The notes: generated by a model not told the origin, from the letters alone. Shown: positions 53,001-63,658, counted from the first letter of the stretch. The stretch is DNA of 64,000 nt from Candidatus Cloacimonadales bacterium (GCA_963663475.2 CAXXJV010000001.1:1952001-2016000); one strand, 5' to 3'. A program made the numbers and translations.

Positions 53001-53378
53001 TTATCTGATTATGGAATAGTTTATCATAACAAAGAAGGTGAAGTGATAAAAGCTAACCATAAGGCTGAAGAAATTCTAGGACTAAGACGAAACACTATTC
53101 TAGGTAAGTATTCAACTGATTCAGATTGGCAAGCAATCCATCCTGATGGATCTGTTTTTAAAGGACAAGAGCATCCTGCAATGATATCATTAAGAGATAA
53201 AATTCAAGTTAATAATGTTCTTATGGGAGTTCATAATCCAAAATTAAACAAAACAAAGTGGATTGAAATATCTTCAAAAGCAATTTTTACAAATGATAAA
53301 AATGAACTCATTGAAGCGGTTGCTGTTTTCAAAGAAGTAGGAAGTCCACTAACTAAGCCTAATGGGACTCATGTATGA
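50049..53378 (+). CDS. CheB-CheR fusion with coiled coil and PAS domains
   Basis: GASAGG, IQHL and GSDG (CheB triad); [11 protein letters not shown] and CRNLLIYF (CheR); EELQ.TNEEL heptads; C-terminal PAS domains. The real start may be the TTG at 50070. Confidence 0.92.
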   Translation: MIKLGGLLDNEIKKPCCYVAIGASAGGLEAIELFFAKVPRKTGIAFIVIQHLSPDYKSLMVELLSKKTKVRVKRADDNEEVHPDTIYLIPPRKNLKIFHNKLILTEQDHSRGINLPIDIFFRSLAEDQKDNIIGVILSGTGSDGVRGIRAVKEAGGLIMIQSPESAKFDGMPRASISTGLADFILTAPEMPEKIISFINNPYTDKINKDKLLATDEERLNRIFALLREKSKVDFTYYKPSTVIRRIERRLTVNQMNNIQEYVNYLEQNSSEISILYRELLIGVTSFFRNNEIYDEIANIHLENILKNNKDKQVRLWVAGCSTGEEAYSLAILVKEKIIALKENVDVKIFATDIDKEAIIYAGTGEYPESIAADVSIDYLTKYFTKQGGYYKISRSIREMVVFAQHNLVKDPPFTNIDFISCRNLLIYFQPILQKRVMEMFNFSLKSNGIMWLGTSETIGDAIDYFKIINHKAKIFQSKGRKIPNNANRLRNEPYSISILKDSRHYSSNKNMLRFTDQEKIFERYLESLSGRLIDLSLIVNEQFEIVHIIGDSSEYFKLPVGKLVNDISKMAIKEISIPITTGLQKVFTYGKEVKYSHLKIAKGSKETIISINIFMLPTKSNQELLCAILINKINDLTSSTCPEESQYYDINEEAEQRIKDLEQELQFNRENLQATIEELETSNEELQATNEELLASNEELQSTNEELQSVNEELYTVNSEYQLKIVELTDMTNDMDNLFELTNKAIIFLDENLNIRKFTPPTKNIFRMIESDIGRPLSHINHTLEINIIDKLNKVLLTGRTLTQEVKTINNLWYLMKISPYNIGYNTSSGLLLSFIDINELKEYETRILDEQAKITSLQESYPVGLIYLQDYTISGTNKQFADMLKFTPEEIRNLSLQKLFFTKDEYDNIVNSLKSLQIGHDLTIETILKSKDNQQIRVLLKCALNDDSSHKSKFTIAIVDLSKKISAEKMITRLELEQAGLMDLSDYGIVYHNKEGEVIKANHKAEEILGLRRNTILGKYSTDSDWQAIHPDGSVFKGQEHPAMISLRDKIQVNNVLMGVHNPKLNKTKWIEISSKAIFTNDKNELIEAVAVFKEVGSPLTKPNGTHV

Positions 53379-55855
53379 AGAATGAAGATCTTGTTGTAGT
53401 TGGAATTGGAGCATCTGCAGGTGGCTTAGAAGCCTTAGAACGACTCTTTTCTACAATACCTAATGATATAAAATGTGCTTTTATTATTGTGCAACATTTA
53501 TCTCCAGATTATAAGTCCTTAATGAATAAATTATTAGAAAGAGTAACTCATATTCCAATTACTATTATTCAGGATGGTATGGAGATTAAGAATAATACAA
53601 TCTATCTTAACCCTCCCAGAAAAAATGTTATAATCCAAAATAATAGATTACTTCTGGAAGAGCAAGCTGAAGAAGTTCTCCATCTCCCTATTGATGTATT
53701 TTTTCATTCTTTAGGAATAAATAAAAAATCATCTTCTATTGGAGTAATCTTATCTGGTACAGGGCGAGATGGTAGTCAAGGTATTAAAACAATCAAAGCT
53801 AATGGAGGACTGGTAATTACACAAGACTTAAAAAGTGCTAAATTTCAGGGCATGCCACAAAGTGCTATTGCAACAGCTTGTGTTGATTATACATTTAATC
53901 CTGAACACATTTCAAAAATTATTGTTAATTATATTGGTTATATTTATTCATCAACGTCCATGCCTTTTTCTCTTATAGAAGCTGAGGACAATAATTTATC
54001 TCAAGTTATTAATGTTTTAAAAGATTTTACAGATATTGATTTCTCCCGTTATAAAGAGACTATTATAACTCGCAGATTAGAAAGAAGAATGACTGTAAAC
54101 AAACAAAGAACTTTAAATGAGTATTTATCTTTTCTCAATAATTCCTTAGATGAAAAAAGAATCCTTTCTAAAGAACTCTTGATTGGAGTAAGCAGTTTCT
54201 TCAGAGACAAAGAAGCATTTCTATCTCTCAAAGATAAGGTACTGACTGAACTTGCGAAAGAGAAGAACTTGAAAATTTGGTGTGTAGGTTGCTCAACAGG
54301 TCAGGAAGTTTATTCTCTTTTAATCTACTTACTAGAAATCATGGATAATGATAAACTAGATATAAACTTGAAAATCTTTGCGACAGATGTAGATAAGGAA
54401 TCTCTGAACATTGCTAGTCTTGGATTTTACCCACCTCAAATCAAGAATGAAATTGATGAAAAACTAATCGCTAAATATTTTACAGCTAAGAAGAATGGGT
54501 TTCAGATTAAAGAAAATGTGAGAAAGTATATTGTATTTGCTAAACATAATATTCTTACTGATTCTCCTTTTACCAAAATTGATTTAATACTGTGTAGAAA
54601 CCTTTTCATTTATTTAAAAGAAGAGGTACAAGAAAAGCTCTTAAAAATGTTTTATTACTGCTTAAAACCCAACAAATACTTGATGTTAGGCTCTAGTGAA
54701 AATATAGGTAATCAAGATAATCTATTTTCAATAAATGATTTTAAATGGAAGATTTTTCAAAAAGTTAAAGGACAAGAACTAGCCTTAACTGAAAGATTAC
54801 CATATTTAATTAGTAAAAGTAATAAAAAAGCTAAAAGTCTTCATGAAACTAGTCTGATTCAACAGAAAAATCAAACACTTCAATTACTAACAGAATCCTT
54901 TAACAAGTTTATCCCCCCTTCTATTCTTGTATCACAAAATGGAGAAATTCTATATATCTTAAATGATGTTAGTGATTTCGTTCACTTTCAAGAAGGTTCT
55001 TTTAATCAAAATATCTTCTCAAAAGTATCTAAAAATATCAGTATTCAAATAAATGCTATTATTAGAAAGCTTAAAATGAATACGGAAATTGATTATCTAG
55101 AATCTATAGTTAATGATCATAATCAAGCCAATGATAGCTTAATTATTGCAGGTAGAAAACTAACTCTTAATGATGAAAACTACTTTATCATTTCTTTTGA
55201 GACAAGAGATTTGTCATCTAATAATGCTGTCTCTGAGTCAGAAACATTAAAAAGATCTCTCATGATTGAAGATTGTGAAGAACTGCAAAAAGAATTGAAT
55301 TATACAAAAGAAAATTTAAGAGTTGCTGTTGAAGAATTAGAATCTTCCAATGAAGAATTGCAATCTAGTAATGAAGAACTCATGGCTTCTAATGAAGAGT
55401 TGCAAAGCACTAATGAAGAATTGCAATCTGTTAACGAAGAATTATATTCAGTTAATAATGAGTTCCAGGAAAAGATTGTGGAATTAGAAAGAATGAATAT
55501 AGATACCATGAACTTACTTGATACCACTGAGATAGGGGCTTTATACCTAGATAATGAGATGAAAATTAGAAAGGTGACCCCTTTGATTTATCAGCTAACA
55601 AATATCTCAAAAACAGATATAGGTAGGCCAATACATGATATTTCCCTTATCGATGATAATTCCTTACTTGAAGATATAAAACAAGTTGAAGAATCTTTAA
55701 CTAGTATTGATAAGCAACTACAGCTAAGAAACGGCAAAAGCTATCTAATAAGATTGAGACCTTATAGAACAGAATACAATTCTGTAGATGGGATACTTGT
55801 CTCATTTATTGAAATTTCAGATATTATTAGCAATTTTAAGCAAATGCAAACTTAA
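53375..55855 (+). CDS. Second CheB-CheR-coiled coil-PAS fusion
   Basis: Same motifs (GASAGG, VQHL, GRDG, GCSTGQE, CRNLFIY, SNEEL heptads). Confidence 0.92.
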   Translation: MKNEDLVVVGIGASAGGLEALERLFSTIPNDIKCAFIIVQHLSPDYKSLMNKLLERVTHIPITIIQDGMEIKNNTIYLNPPRKNVIIQNNRLLLEEQAEEVLHLPIDVFFHSLGINKKSSSIGVILSGTGRDGSQGIKTIKANGGLVITQDLKSAKFQGMPQSAIATACVDYTFNPEHISKIIVNYIGYIYSSTSMPFSLIEAEDNNLSQVINVLKDFTDIDFSRYKETIITRRLERRMTVNKQRTLNEYLSFLNNSLDEKRILSKELLIGVSSFFRDKEAFLSLKDKVLTELAKEKNLKIWCVGCSTGQEVYSLLIYLLEIMDNDKLDINLKIFATDVDKESLNIASLGFYPPQIKNEIDEKLIAKYFTAKKNGFQIKENVRKYIVFAKHNILTDSPFTKIDLILCRNLFIYLKEEVQEKLLKMFYYCLKPNKYLMLGSSENIGNQDNLFSINDFKWKIFQKVKGQELALTERLPYLISKSNKKAKSLHETSLIQQKNQTLQLLTESFNKFIPPSILVSQNGEILYILNDVSDFVHFQEGSFNQNIFSKVSKNISIQINAIIRKLKMNTEIDYLESIVNDHNQANDSLIIAGRKLTLNDENYFIISFETRDLSSNNAVSESETLKRSLMIEDCEELQKELNYTKENLRVAVEELESSNEELQSSNEELMASNEELQSTNEELQSVNEELYSVNNEFQEKIVELERMNIDTMNLLDTTEIGALYLDNEMKIRKVTPLIYQLTNISKTDIGRPIHDISLIDDNSLLEDIKQVEESLTSIDKQLQLRNGKSYLIRLRPYRTEYNSVDGILVSFIEISDIISNFKQMQT

Positions 55856-55881
55856 AATGAAATCTAGACTGGAGAAAACTG

Positions 55882-58386
55882 ATGGTGAATAAAAGAATTA
55901 AGAGCTCTAATGATATCAAGAATATAATAGAAAATGTGCTGAAGAATAAATCCAATGATAAAGATTTTTCTAATAAATCAATTGAGCAGTTAGTTGAAGA
56001 GTTATCAATTTATCATAGAGAATTAGAGTATCAAAATGATGAATTAAGAAGAATTCAAGTTCTCTTAGAGAAAACTAAAGAACACTTTAAAGACCTTTAT
56101 ATGAATGCTCCTATTGGTTATGTTACCTGTAAGGATAATCTGATTATCAACTCTGTTAACAACAAGTTAACCAAAATATTAGCTATTAGTGAACATGATA
56201 TAATTGGTAAATCAATCCATAAGATTATCCATCCTGATTATCAAGATACCTTTTATTTTCATACTAGAAAACTTTTAGGAACAGGAAAAGCCAGTTCATG
56301 TGAAGTTAAATTACTTAATAGAGAGAATACATTTGTTTTATTAGATAGCAATTTATATTATATTGATGAAGAACTATATATCAGGATAGCAGTCACTGAT
56401 ATCAGCTATCAAAAGCAAGTTGAAAAAAGTTTATATGAACATAAATCTATGCTTTCTTCCATTGTAAATACTCTTCCTGGTCATTTAAATGTTGTTGATA
56501 AAGACTTTAATGTAATAGCTGTAAATGATGGAAGTGTTAATTGTGGCTATAGGGGTGATAATCCAAGTAGTAATAAAATTAAATGCTACAATAAATTTAA
56601 AAATTCAACAAGACCCTGTCATGAATGTCGGGTTAAAGAAATTTTTCAAAGTGGAGAAACAATAGTTGAAACTATCTCCTATTATGATAAACTTGAAGAT
56701 GATCAGAAGACTATGCAACTTTTTTTCTCTCCACTAAAAGGAGAAGATGGCAAAATAAATGGTATAGTAGAATATGGGATTGATGTAACAGAATTAAAAA
56801 ATATACAACGTAAAGCTCAAGAAGCAAGCATAGCTAAATCTGAGTTTATAGCTAATATGAGCCATGAAATAAGAACACCTTTAAATGGAGTTATTGGATT
56901 TGCAGATTTACTTAAAACTACTAACCTATCCTATGAACAAAAACAATTTATTAAGAATATCAATGTTTCAGCAAATTCTCTTCTAACAGTTGTAAACGAT
57001 ATCCTTGATTTTTCTAAAATTGAAGCAGGTAAGCTAGAAATTGAATTGATTCTCACTAATATTAATGATATATTGAGTGAGGTGATGAATATTGTTGAAT
57101 TTCATGCTTATAATAATGATATCGAGTTAGTACTGAATGTTAGTCCCCAAGTTCCTTCAATGTTGTTACTTGATCCCGTTAGGGTTAGACAAATTCTCCT
57201 AAACCTAACTGGAAACGCAATAAAATTTACGAAGAAAGGACTAGTTGAGTTAATTGTTGATTTTCAGAAATCTGATTGTCAGAATGTAGGCATAGTGACT
57301 TTTACAGTGAAGGATAATGGTATTGGAATATCAAAAGAAAATGTGAAGAAACTTTTTAAAGCTTTTTCACAAGGTGATACTTCTATGACAAGAAAATATG
57401 GTGGTACTGGGCTTGGGCTGATAATATCCAATAAATTAGCAGAAAAGATGGCTAGTAAAATTGAACTGAAAAGTCAAGAGGGACTAGGAAGTGAATTTTC
57501 ATTTTCAATTGAAACTGAGTATATCCCTGATAAAAATTTAGAAGTTAAATTCTCCAATATATCTCGAGTCTTAACAATTGTTAAGAATTCTAGTCAAAGA
57601 AAAGTAATAAACGCAATCTTGAAAGAATATAATGTTAAGTTTGATACTTGCAAATCTCCAATTGAAGCAATAAGCTTGATTCAAAAAAAATCTGATATTA
57701 ATTTAATTGTTCTAGATTATCAATTCTACCCTAGTTCTTTCAATAAATTTCTTAGTTTTTTAAACAAAAATAAGTCTGAAGATTTTGTTAAACAAAACAT
57801 CATTATTCTCTATAGAGCTTTTGATAGTATTGCTGTGAATAACCTGATAAGTTCTAGTAATATAGAACTAAAGTTAATTAAACCAATTCGTAAAGAACAT
57901 ATCTACGACCTGTTAGAAGCTGCAAACCTGCAACAATCCAGTTCATATCACCCTCATGAACTGAATAAGCAAGTGGATAAAATTTCTCCTTTGATTAATA
58001 AGAAACTTACTTTTTTAGTTGTAGATGATGTAGATATTAATTCTAAACTAGTTAAAATTATGCTAAAAAAACTTTCACCTAAAGCAAGTGTGATAATTGT
58101 AAAAAACGGACAAGAGGCAATTGATGTTTATAAGACAATTAATGCTGATATTATTTTTATGGACTTACAGATGCCTATTTGTGATGGCTATCAAGCAAGT
58201 AAAGAAATTAGAAATCTAGAAAGTCAAAGCCAAAAGCATACTCCAATAATAGCTCTTACTGCTTGTGTTGTTAAAGGTGAAAAGGAAAAGTGTCTCGCAA
58301 ACGGTATGGATGGATATTTACCAAAGCCACTAAAGAAAGAAGACTTGTTTAAAATATTGAACCAGTTTCTTATTGATACAAATTAG
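55882..58386 (+). CDS. PAS-containing hybrid sensor histidine kinase
   Basis: H box MSHEIRTPLN, N box NLTGNAIKFT, G boxes DNGIG and GGTGLGL, a degenerate receiver and a C-terminal receiver (FMDLQMP). Confidence 0.93.
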   Translation: MVNKRIKSSNDIKNIIENVLKNKSNDKDFSNKSIEQLVEELSIYHRELEYQNDELRRIQVLLEKTKEHFKDLYMNAPIGYVTCKDNLIINSVNNKLTKILAISEHDIIGKSIHKIIHPDYQDTFYFHTRKLLGTGKASSCEVKLLNRENTFVLLDSNLYYIDEELYIRIAVTDISYQKQVEKSLYEHKSMLSSIVNTLPGHLNVVDKDFNVIAVNDGSVNCGYRGDNPSSNKIKCYNKFKNSTRPCHECRVKEIFQSGETIVETISYYDKLEDDQKTMQLFFSPLKGEDGKINGIVEYGIDVTELKNIQRKAQEASIAKSEFIANMSHEIRTPLNGVIGFADLLKTTNLSYEQKQFIKNINVSANSLLTVVNDILDFSKIEAGKLEIELILTNINDILSEVMNIVEFHAYNNDIELVLNVSPQVPSMLLLDPVRVRQILLNLTGNAIKFTKKGLVELIVDFQKSDCQNVGIVTFTVKDNGIGISKENVKKLFKAFSQGDTSMTRKYGGTGLGLIISNKLAEKMASKIELKSQEGLGSEFSFSIETEYIPDKNLEVKFSNISRVLTIVKNSSQRKVINAILKEYNVKFDTCKSPIEAISLIQKKSDINLIVLDYQFYPSSFNKFLSFLNKNKSEDFVKQNIIILYRAFDSIAVNNLISSSNIELKLIKPIRKEHIYDLLEAANLQQSSSYHPHELNKQVDKISPLINKKLTFLVVDDVDINSKLVKIMLKKLSPKASVIIVKNGQEAIDVYKTINADIIFMDLQMPICDGYQASKEIRNLESQSQKHTPIIALTACVVKGEKEKCLANGMDGYLPKPLKKEDLFKILNQFLIDTN

Positions 58387-58527
58387 CTATGAACTCCCTA
58401 TTTATGAAAACATATAGTTCTATTCACAAAGAGCTAGCGCATTATTTAGGTAAATTATTGACAAAAATCTTCTAGCATATTTTGTTAATCTTAAGAGTTT
58501 ATGAAATAATTATTAAGGAGTTTTTTT

Positions 58528-59154
58528 ATGAAAGTAATTGCAATAAATGGAAGTCCAAAAGCAAATGGAAACACCTATCATGCTATTAAATTAGTCTTAG
58601 ACCAACTTAATGCTCAATCGATTGATACAGAGATTATTCATATAGGTAAAGAAAAAATTAGTGGCTGTATGGGTTGCGGAGCTTGTTACAAAAATAAAGA
58701 TGATAAATGTATAATCAAAGATGATTCTCTAAATGATTGGGTTGCAAAAATAAAAGAAGCCGATGGAATTATCTTTGGATCTCCAGTATTTTATGCTGGT
58801 ATGAATGGAACTATGAAGTCATTCATGGATAGATTATTTTATCTTGCTGGTGCTAATAGTTTATTTAGACACAAGGTAGGTGCTGCTGTTGTTGCTGTAA
58901 GAAGATCAGGCGGAATTCCAACCTTTAATCAGTTGAATATTTATATGACATATTCAGAGATGGTTATTGCTAGCTCAAATTATTGGAATGTCATTCATGG
59001 TACTATGCCTGGTGATGCTAAAGCCGATGCTGAAGGTCAACAAATTATGCAAGTCTTAGGACAGAACATGGCTTGGCTACTCAAATCTTTAAGTAAAAGT
59101 GAAGAAGTAAAACCAGAAAAAGCAAGAAAAGTGATGACTAATTTTATTAGATAA
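58528..59154 (+). CDS. Flavodoxin-family iron-sulfur flavoprotein (Isf-like)
   Basis: INGSP..NGNT, CMGCGAC...C and GSPVFY motifs. Confidence 0.88.
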   Translation: MKVIAINGSPKANGNTYHAIKLVLDQLNAQSIDTEIIHIGKEKISGCMGCGACYKNKDDKCIIKDDSLNDWVAKIKEADGIIFGSPVFYAGMNGTMKSFMDRLFYLAGANSLFRHKVGAAVVAVRRSGGIPTFNQLNIYMTYSEMVIASSNYWNVIHGTMPGDAKADAEGQQIMQVLGQNMAWLLKSLSKSEEVKPEKARKVMTNFIR

Positions 59155-59167
59155 TTTTTATCCTTTA

Positions 59168-59244
59168 ACCAAATAATGCAATAGACCTTTGAGAATAGCA
59201 GAATAATCTGCACACTTCACTAAAGCTCTACTCCTCTATCTGGA
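59168..59244. mobile_element. Decayed short MITE copy
   Basis: aataatgcaatagacctttgagaatagcagaata...taaagctcta matches 39062-39142. Confidence 0.6.
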
Positions 59245-59251
59245 ATAATTC

Positions 59252-59282
59252 ACATGTTCTTGAGGCCAACTCAAGAACATGT
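59252..59282. terminator. Hairpin between convergent genes, probable bidirectional terminator
   Basis: acatgttcttgag-gccaa-ctcaagaacatgt. Confidence 0.6.
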
Positions 59283-59286
59283 TTCT

Positions 59287-60222
59287 TTAAATCCAGTTAA
59301 ATTCTGCTTTTCTTAACCTATCCATTATCGCCATCCCAATTCCTTTTTCTTCTACTGCTTCTACAATTATTACTTCAATATCTTGATCATCTTCAAACTT
59401 ATGCATAGCTGCGAACATATTTACTGCATAATCTTTTAAATCTCTATTCTGAGAAACTCTAATAACTTTTTTAAAGTCAGCTTCTAAAAGACCAGTAAAT
59501 GAAATTAAGCCTGCCTTAGCTTTATCAATATTACTTAAAGTCTTATCAGCTATAAGTAACTTCTTCTTGGGACTATAATGAGACTTCATCATGCCTGGGG
59601 CAGAAGCTTTTTCTATTTCAGTTTGGGAATCAAAAGGAAGATATTCTTCTAAATCCTCTTTAGTTATGAGTCCATTACGGAGAATTTGAAAGCCTATCTT
59701 TGTTAACCTAATGATTGTAGATTCTATGCCAACGCTTGTTTGACCACCATCAAGTACAAAATCTACATTGGGTAGTTTCTCTTTTACATGCAGAGCACTT
59801 GTAGGACTTATAGAACCAAATCTATTTGCCGAAGGGGCAGAAATTGGTAAACCTGATTTGGATATTAACTCTAGGGCCAATTCATTATTTGGCATTCTGA
59901 TACCAACAGTGTCCAAACCTGATGTTACTATGTCTGGAACAATACTACTTTTGGGTAAAACTATTGTTAAAGGACCTGGCCAAAAACGCTTAGCTAAGGT
60001 AAAAACTCTTTCATCATGCTCTGCAGTTAGCATGTCAAGCTGTTGTAGATTAGCTATATGTACGATTAATGGATCGAAAGATGGTCTTTGCTTAACTTCA
60101 AAAATTTTAGCTACAGCTTGAGGGTTAAGTGCATTAGCCCCAAGACCATAAACAGTTTCAGTAGGAAAGGCAACCAGTTTTCCATCTTGTATATATTTTA
60201 CTGCAATATCGATATCTTTCAT
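59287..60222 (-). CDS. sua5: L-threonylcarbamoyladenylate synthase, Sua5 type
   Basis: VAFPTETVYGLGA, K.RP..DPLIVH, APSAN and APGM..SHYSP motifs. Confidence 0.95.
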   Translation of the reverse strand: MKDIDIAVKYIQDGKLVAFPTETVYGLGANALNPQAVAKIFEVKQRPSFDPLIVHIANLQQLDMLTAEHDERVFTLAKRFWPGPLTIVLPKSSIVPDIVTSGLDTVGIRMPNNELALELISKSGLPISAPSANRFGSISPTSALHVKEKLPNVDFVLDGGQTSVGIESTIIRLTKIGFQILRNGLITKEDLEEYLPFDSQTEIEKASAPGMMKSHYSPKKKLLIADKTLSNIDKAKAGLISFTGLLEADFKKVIRVSQNRDLKDYAVNMFAAMHKFEDDQDIEVIIVEAVEEKGIGMAIMDRLRKAEFNWI

Positions 60223-61386
60223 TTAAGATTGCTCCTTAGTTTTTTTACTAAACAGAAATAAGAAACCTCCGCATAGACTCATTATACTAGCTAGAATAAT
60301 AGCTGAAGTATAAGAGGAAGTCATGTCAAATAAAAGACCTCCACTTATAGGTCCTGTAATGCCAGCAATAGCATAGCCCATAAAAATATATGGGTATATC
60401 TGGCCTAATTTCTTTACACCATAAATCTGGGCAGTTTCTTTAGCGAAAAGAACAAAATTTCCTCCAAAGCCAAATCCAATAAGAGTTATAATGATTAAAT
60501 AAGATAGGTTAGTTAGGTTAATAAAAGTCAGAGATAGTATTGCTATAGCTTGCAGAGTAAGATCGCTAAAAACAATAATATTCGTCTCAAAATAATCACT
60601 TATAAAGCCCCAGAATATTCTCCCAAGAAAATTAGCCAGAGCAAAAATAGCAATTCCCAGAACTATAATGTGATCTGAAATACCATATTGCCCACCTATC
60701 ATTCTTAATGAACCAATAATTAGCAAGCCTGCAAAGGTACCTAAAAAAATACCTAATAATAGTTTAAAAAAATTTACAGATTGGATAATATCACTAAGCT
60801 TATCTCTATTTTGAGATTTATTTTCAATATTACATTCCGAGTAGATGAAATTTGAGAAAAGTAATATTGTTAATCCATAAACAATTGCTAAAAACTTCAT
60901 TAAGTAGAGTATATTAAATCCCCTTAATAAAATATTTTCAGCTATTTCAGACATAAATACTGCTCCTAAACCAAATCCAGCTGAAACAATTCCTGTAATT
61001 AAGCCTTTACGATTAGGAAAGCATTGTACTGGATAAGTTAAAGCTAACCAATAACCTAAGCCAGTCCCAATTCCAGAAAATATTCCTATACCAAGAAATA
61101 TTAGCAAAAAGTTTCCCTGAGAAAAGCTTGCGAGTAAGTAACCTAATGCAAAGAACAATCCAGCTAGATAACCAATTAGCTTAGGATAATGCTTTATTCC
61201 TAATTTGCCAATCATAATCATACTTAAAGGGAATATTAAAATTACTGAACCGAAGATTAATTGCGATTGAGCAGCGGAAAAAGTATATTTCTCCATTAAC
61301 TCAGAAGCAATAATGCTCCATGCATATATACTTCCGATGCATAGCATTATAACAAATGATGATAATAAGTTGAGATATTTTTTCAC
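60223..61386 (-). CDS. MFS transporter (oxalate/formate antiporter-like)
   Basis: About 12 TM segments; G.IYAWS, FP.RKGL.TG and GRIFWGFISD motifs. Confidence 0.85.
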   Translation of the reverse strand: MKKYLNLLSSFVIMLCIGSIYAWSIIASELMEKYTFSAAQSQLIFGSVILIFPLSMIMIGKLGIKHYPKLIGYLAGLFFALGYLLASFSQGNFLLIFLGIGIFSGIGTGLGYWLALTYPVQCFPNRKGLITGIVSAGFGLGAVFMSEIAENILLRGFNILYLMKFLAIVYGLTILLFSNFIYSECNIENKSQNRDKLSDIIQSVNFFKLLLGIFLGTFAGLLIIGSLRMIGGQYGISDHIIVLGIAIFALANFLGRIFWGFISDYFETNIIVFSDLTLQAIAILSLTFINLTNLSYLIIITLIGFGFGGNFVLFAKETAQIYGVKKLGQIYPYIFMGYAIAGITGPISGGLLFDMTSSYTSAIILASIMSLCGGFLFLFSKKTKEQS

Positions 61387-61391
61387 TATTA

Positions 61392-61895
61392 TTATTGATT
61401 AGCCTTCTTACTTATTTTTTCAGCCTTAAGTAAGACTGCTTCCTTAAGCTCATCTTTGTATTCTACTATCTTTTGGAGAAGGTCTTCATCTCGAGCTGCA
61501 AGGATTTGAGCAGCTAATATCCCAGCATTTTTAGCTCCATTTAAAGCCACTGTTGCCACAGGAACGCCACCAGGCATTTGCAAAATAGATAGAACTGAAT
61601 CCCAACCATCAATTGAATTGCTCGACTTTACTGGAACTCCAATTACTGGGAGAGGAGATATACCTGCTAACATACCAGGAAGATGAGCTGCACCACCAGC
61701 GCCAGCTATTATAACTCCAACACCTCTTTTATGAGCATTAGCTGCAAAATTAAAGAGCTTTTCTGGAGTTCTATGAGCTGATACAATATCAAGTTCATAT
61801 GCAATATCAAATTTTTCTAACATTTCAGCAGCTGCTTTCATTACGGTTAGGTCTGAATCTGACCCCATGACTATAGAAACTAATGCTTTTTTCAT
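61392..61895 (-). CDS. purE: N5-CAIR mutase
   Basis: IVMGSDSD, SAHRTP, AGAGGAAHLPG and QMPGGVPVATV motifs. Confidence 0.97.
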   Translation of the reverse strand: MKKALVSIVMGSDSDLTVMKAAAEMLEKFDIAYELDIVSAHRTPEKLFNFAANAHKRGVGVIIAGAGGAAHLPGMLAGISPLPVIGVPVKSSNSIDGWDSVLSILQMPGGVPVATVALNGAKNAGILAAQILAARDEDLLQKIVEYKDELKEAVLLKAEKISKKANQ

Positions 61896-63046
61896 GATTT
61901 TACCTTTATTATATTTTTTACTTTTTCTGCTTTTTCTAATGCCTCTGCCACAGAAGATGCTAGGATTGTAGCATGTCCCATTTTCCTGTAAGGCTTGGTT
62001 ATCTTCTTACCATATAGATGGATTTTCACTCCTTCAATTGCTAAAGCCTCTTCTAAACCTTCATAGAGGGCAGGACCAGTATATGCTGGATAACCAACTA
62101 TATTAGTCATGACTGCTGGAAGTTTTAATTCGGTTGACCCCAAAGGAAGGTCTAAAACAGCTCTCAAATGTTGCTCAAACTGGGAAGTTATAACACTTTC
62201 TATTGTATGATGACCACTATTATGAGGACGGGGAGCTACTTCATTTACAAGTAAATCTCCTTGTTTATCAACAAAAATCTCAACAGCTAAGAGACCTTGC
62301 ATATCAAGTAAATTAATAATCTTACTTGCAATTGCTATGGCTTGGTCACTTTGTTCTTTACTAATAGTTGCTGGACAAATCAACTTATCAACAAGATTAG
62401 CTATTGGATCAAACATCATCTCTACAACAGGATAACATTTGACTTGCCCTTGTAGATTCCTAGCAACAATGACTGCAATTTCTTTTTCAATCTCAACTTT
62501 TTCTTCAATGAGGCATGACCCTGGAAGAATCTGACTATAATCATTTAAATCATTAATAACGGCAACACCTCGTCCGTCATAGCCTCCTCTTCTAAGTTTT
62601 TGAACAAATGGACTATCAATCTCTTTACTAGCAAGTGCCTGCTTAACTTCTTCTTGTGTCTTATATAGTTTGAAGGGAGCTGTAGGTATATTGTTGCTTT
62701 TATAAAATTCCTTCTGAAGGCCTTTATCTTGAATAAGTTCTAAAACTTCAGGGTCTGGTACTATCTTATGACCTTCAGATTTTAGTTTTTTTAAAGCATC
62801 GATATTAATATTTTCAATTTCAAAAGTTAATAAATCAACCTCTTTCCCAAACTGATAAACTGCTTGAAAATCTCTATAATCACCTTTAACAAATTTTGAA
62901 GCTAGTTTTCCAGCAGGACATTCTTCATCTGTATCTAAGACGTAAGTAGCTAAATCCCATTTGCTTGCCTCTTGAATTAACATTTTACCTAATTGACCAC
63001 CTGTTATCACACCTAGTTTAAAATCAGAATTTAAAAAGTTTTCCAT
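61892..63046 (-). CDS. purK: N5-CAIR synthetase
   Basis: GGQLGKM, GYDGRG, NEVAPRPHNSGH, HLYGK and RKMGH motifs; overlaps purE. Confidence 0.96.
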   Translation of the reverse strand: MENFLNSDFKLGVITGGQLGKMLIQEASKWDLATYVLDTDEECPAGKLASKFVKGDYRDFQAVYQFGKEVDLLTFEIENINIDALKKLKSEGHKIVPDPEVLELIQDKGLQKEFYKSNNIPTAPFKLYKTQEEVKQALASKEIDSPFVQKLRRGGYDGRGVAVINDLNDYSQILPGSCLIEEKVEIEKEIAVIVARNLQGQVKCYPVVEMMFDPIANLVDKLICPATISKEQSDQAIAIASKIINLLDMQGLLAVEIFVDKQGDLLVNEVAPRPHNSGHHTIESVITSQFEQHLRAVLDLPLGSTELKLPAVMTNIVGYPAYTGPALYEGLEEALAIEGVKIHLYGKKITKPYRKMGHATILASSVAEALEKAEKVKNIIKVKS

Positions 63047-63285
63047 TTATTCATCTCTTTTGTTTTTTTTAGTAATATTATTATAACTTTACTGAATCCA
63101 TTAATGCCTCTTTTTTATGTCAAGAATTTTCTTATAGAGAATTTTTTGAAACATAAGGAGACTGTTTAAATTAATTATTTAATATTGAATACTTTAAATT
63201 AAAAAAGGGCTAAATTATTGTTTTCTTTCGACCGAAGTCCCTTACCTAGGGTTGAGGAGGACCAGCTTTATCAATACCCTTATCT

Positions 63286-63360
63286 TCCTTAATCCTTCCT
63301 TTACAGTCTTTCGATGAAACTGGGACTTTCATCGAAAGACTGTAAAGGAAGGATTAAGGA
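63286..63360. repeat. Perfect 34-bp-arm palindrome
   Basis: tccttaatccttcctttacagtctttcgatgaaa-ctgggac-reverse complement. Confidence 0.85.
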
Positions 63361-63582
63361 TGAATAGAGGAAAATTAGAGATAATTCCTCTTGACACTGA
63401 GAGATAACAGAAGGTCTTCTTCTTTCTTTTTGATAGTGACATCCAAACTGCCAAAACTGCTATTGACATGGCGTATTAACCTAAAGAAGGGAATATTATT
63501 GACTTCTTTAAGGATAAGCTTATGGGAATAATGGCATGATGGTTGAACAGTCTCAACATAACTTATAAAAAACAAATAATGA

Positions 63583-63610
63583 GAAAAAGTCCTGCTAACA
63601 GGACTTTTTC
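63583..63610 (-). terminator. Intrinsic terminator
   Basis: gaaaaagtcctg-ctaa-caggactttttc, downstream of the last gene. Confidence 0.7.
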
Positions 63611-63658
63611 ATTATCTTAAATCATTTAACTTCTTAAATCATAATATCAGTTATGATA

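Noticed and set aside
24667-60121. Numerous 60-140 aa ORFs antisense or out of frame within long genes (e.g. 24667, 27234, 35527, 47544, 48282, 55300, 59768)
   Set aside because: These are shadow ORFs fully overlapping well-supported genes.
63050-63580. Purine or ZTP riboswitch upstream of purK
   Set aside because: No recognisable consensus. The structured parts belong to dispersed repeat families seen elsewhere in the window.
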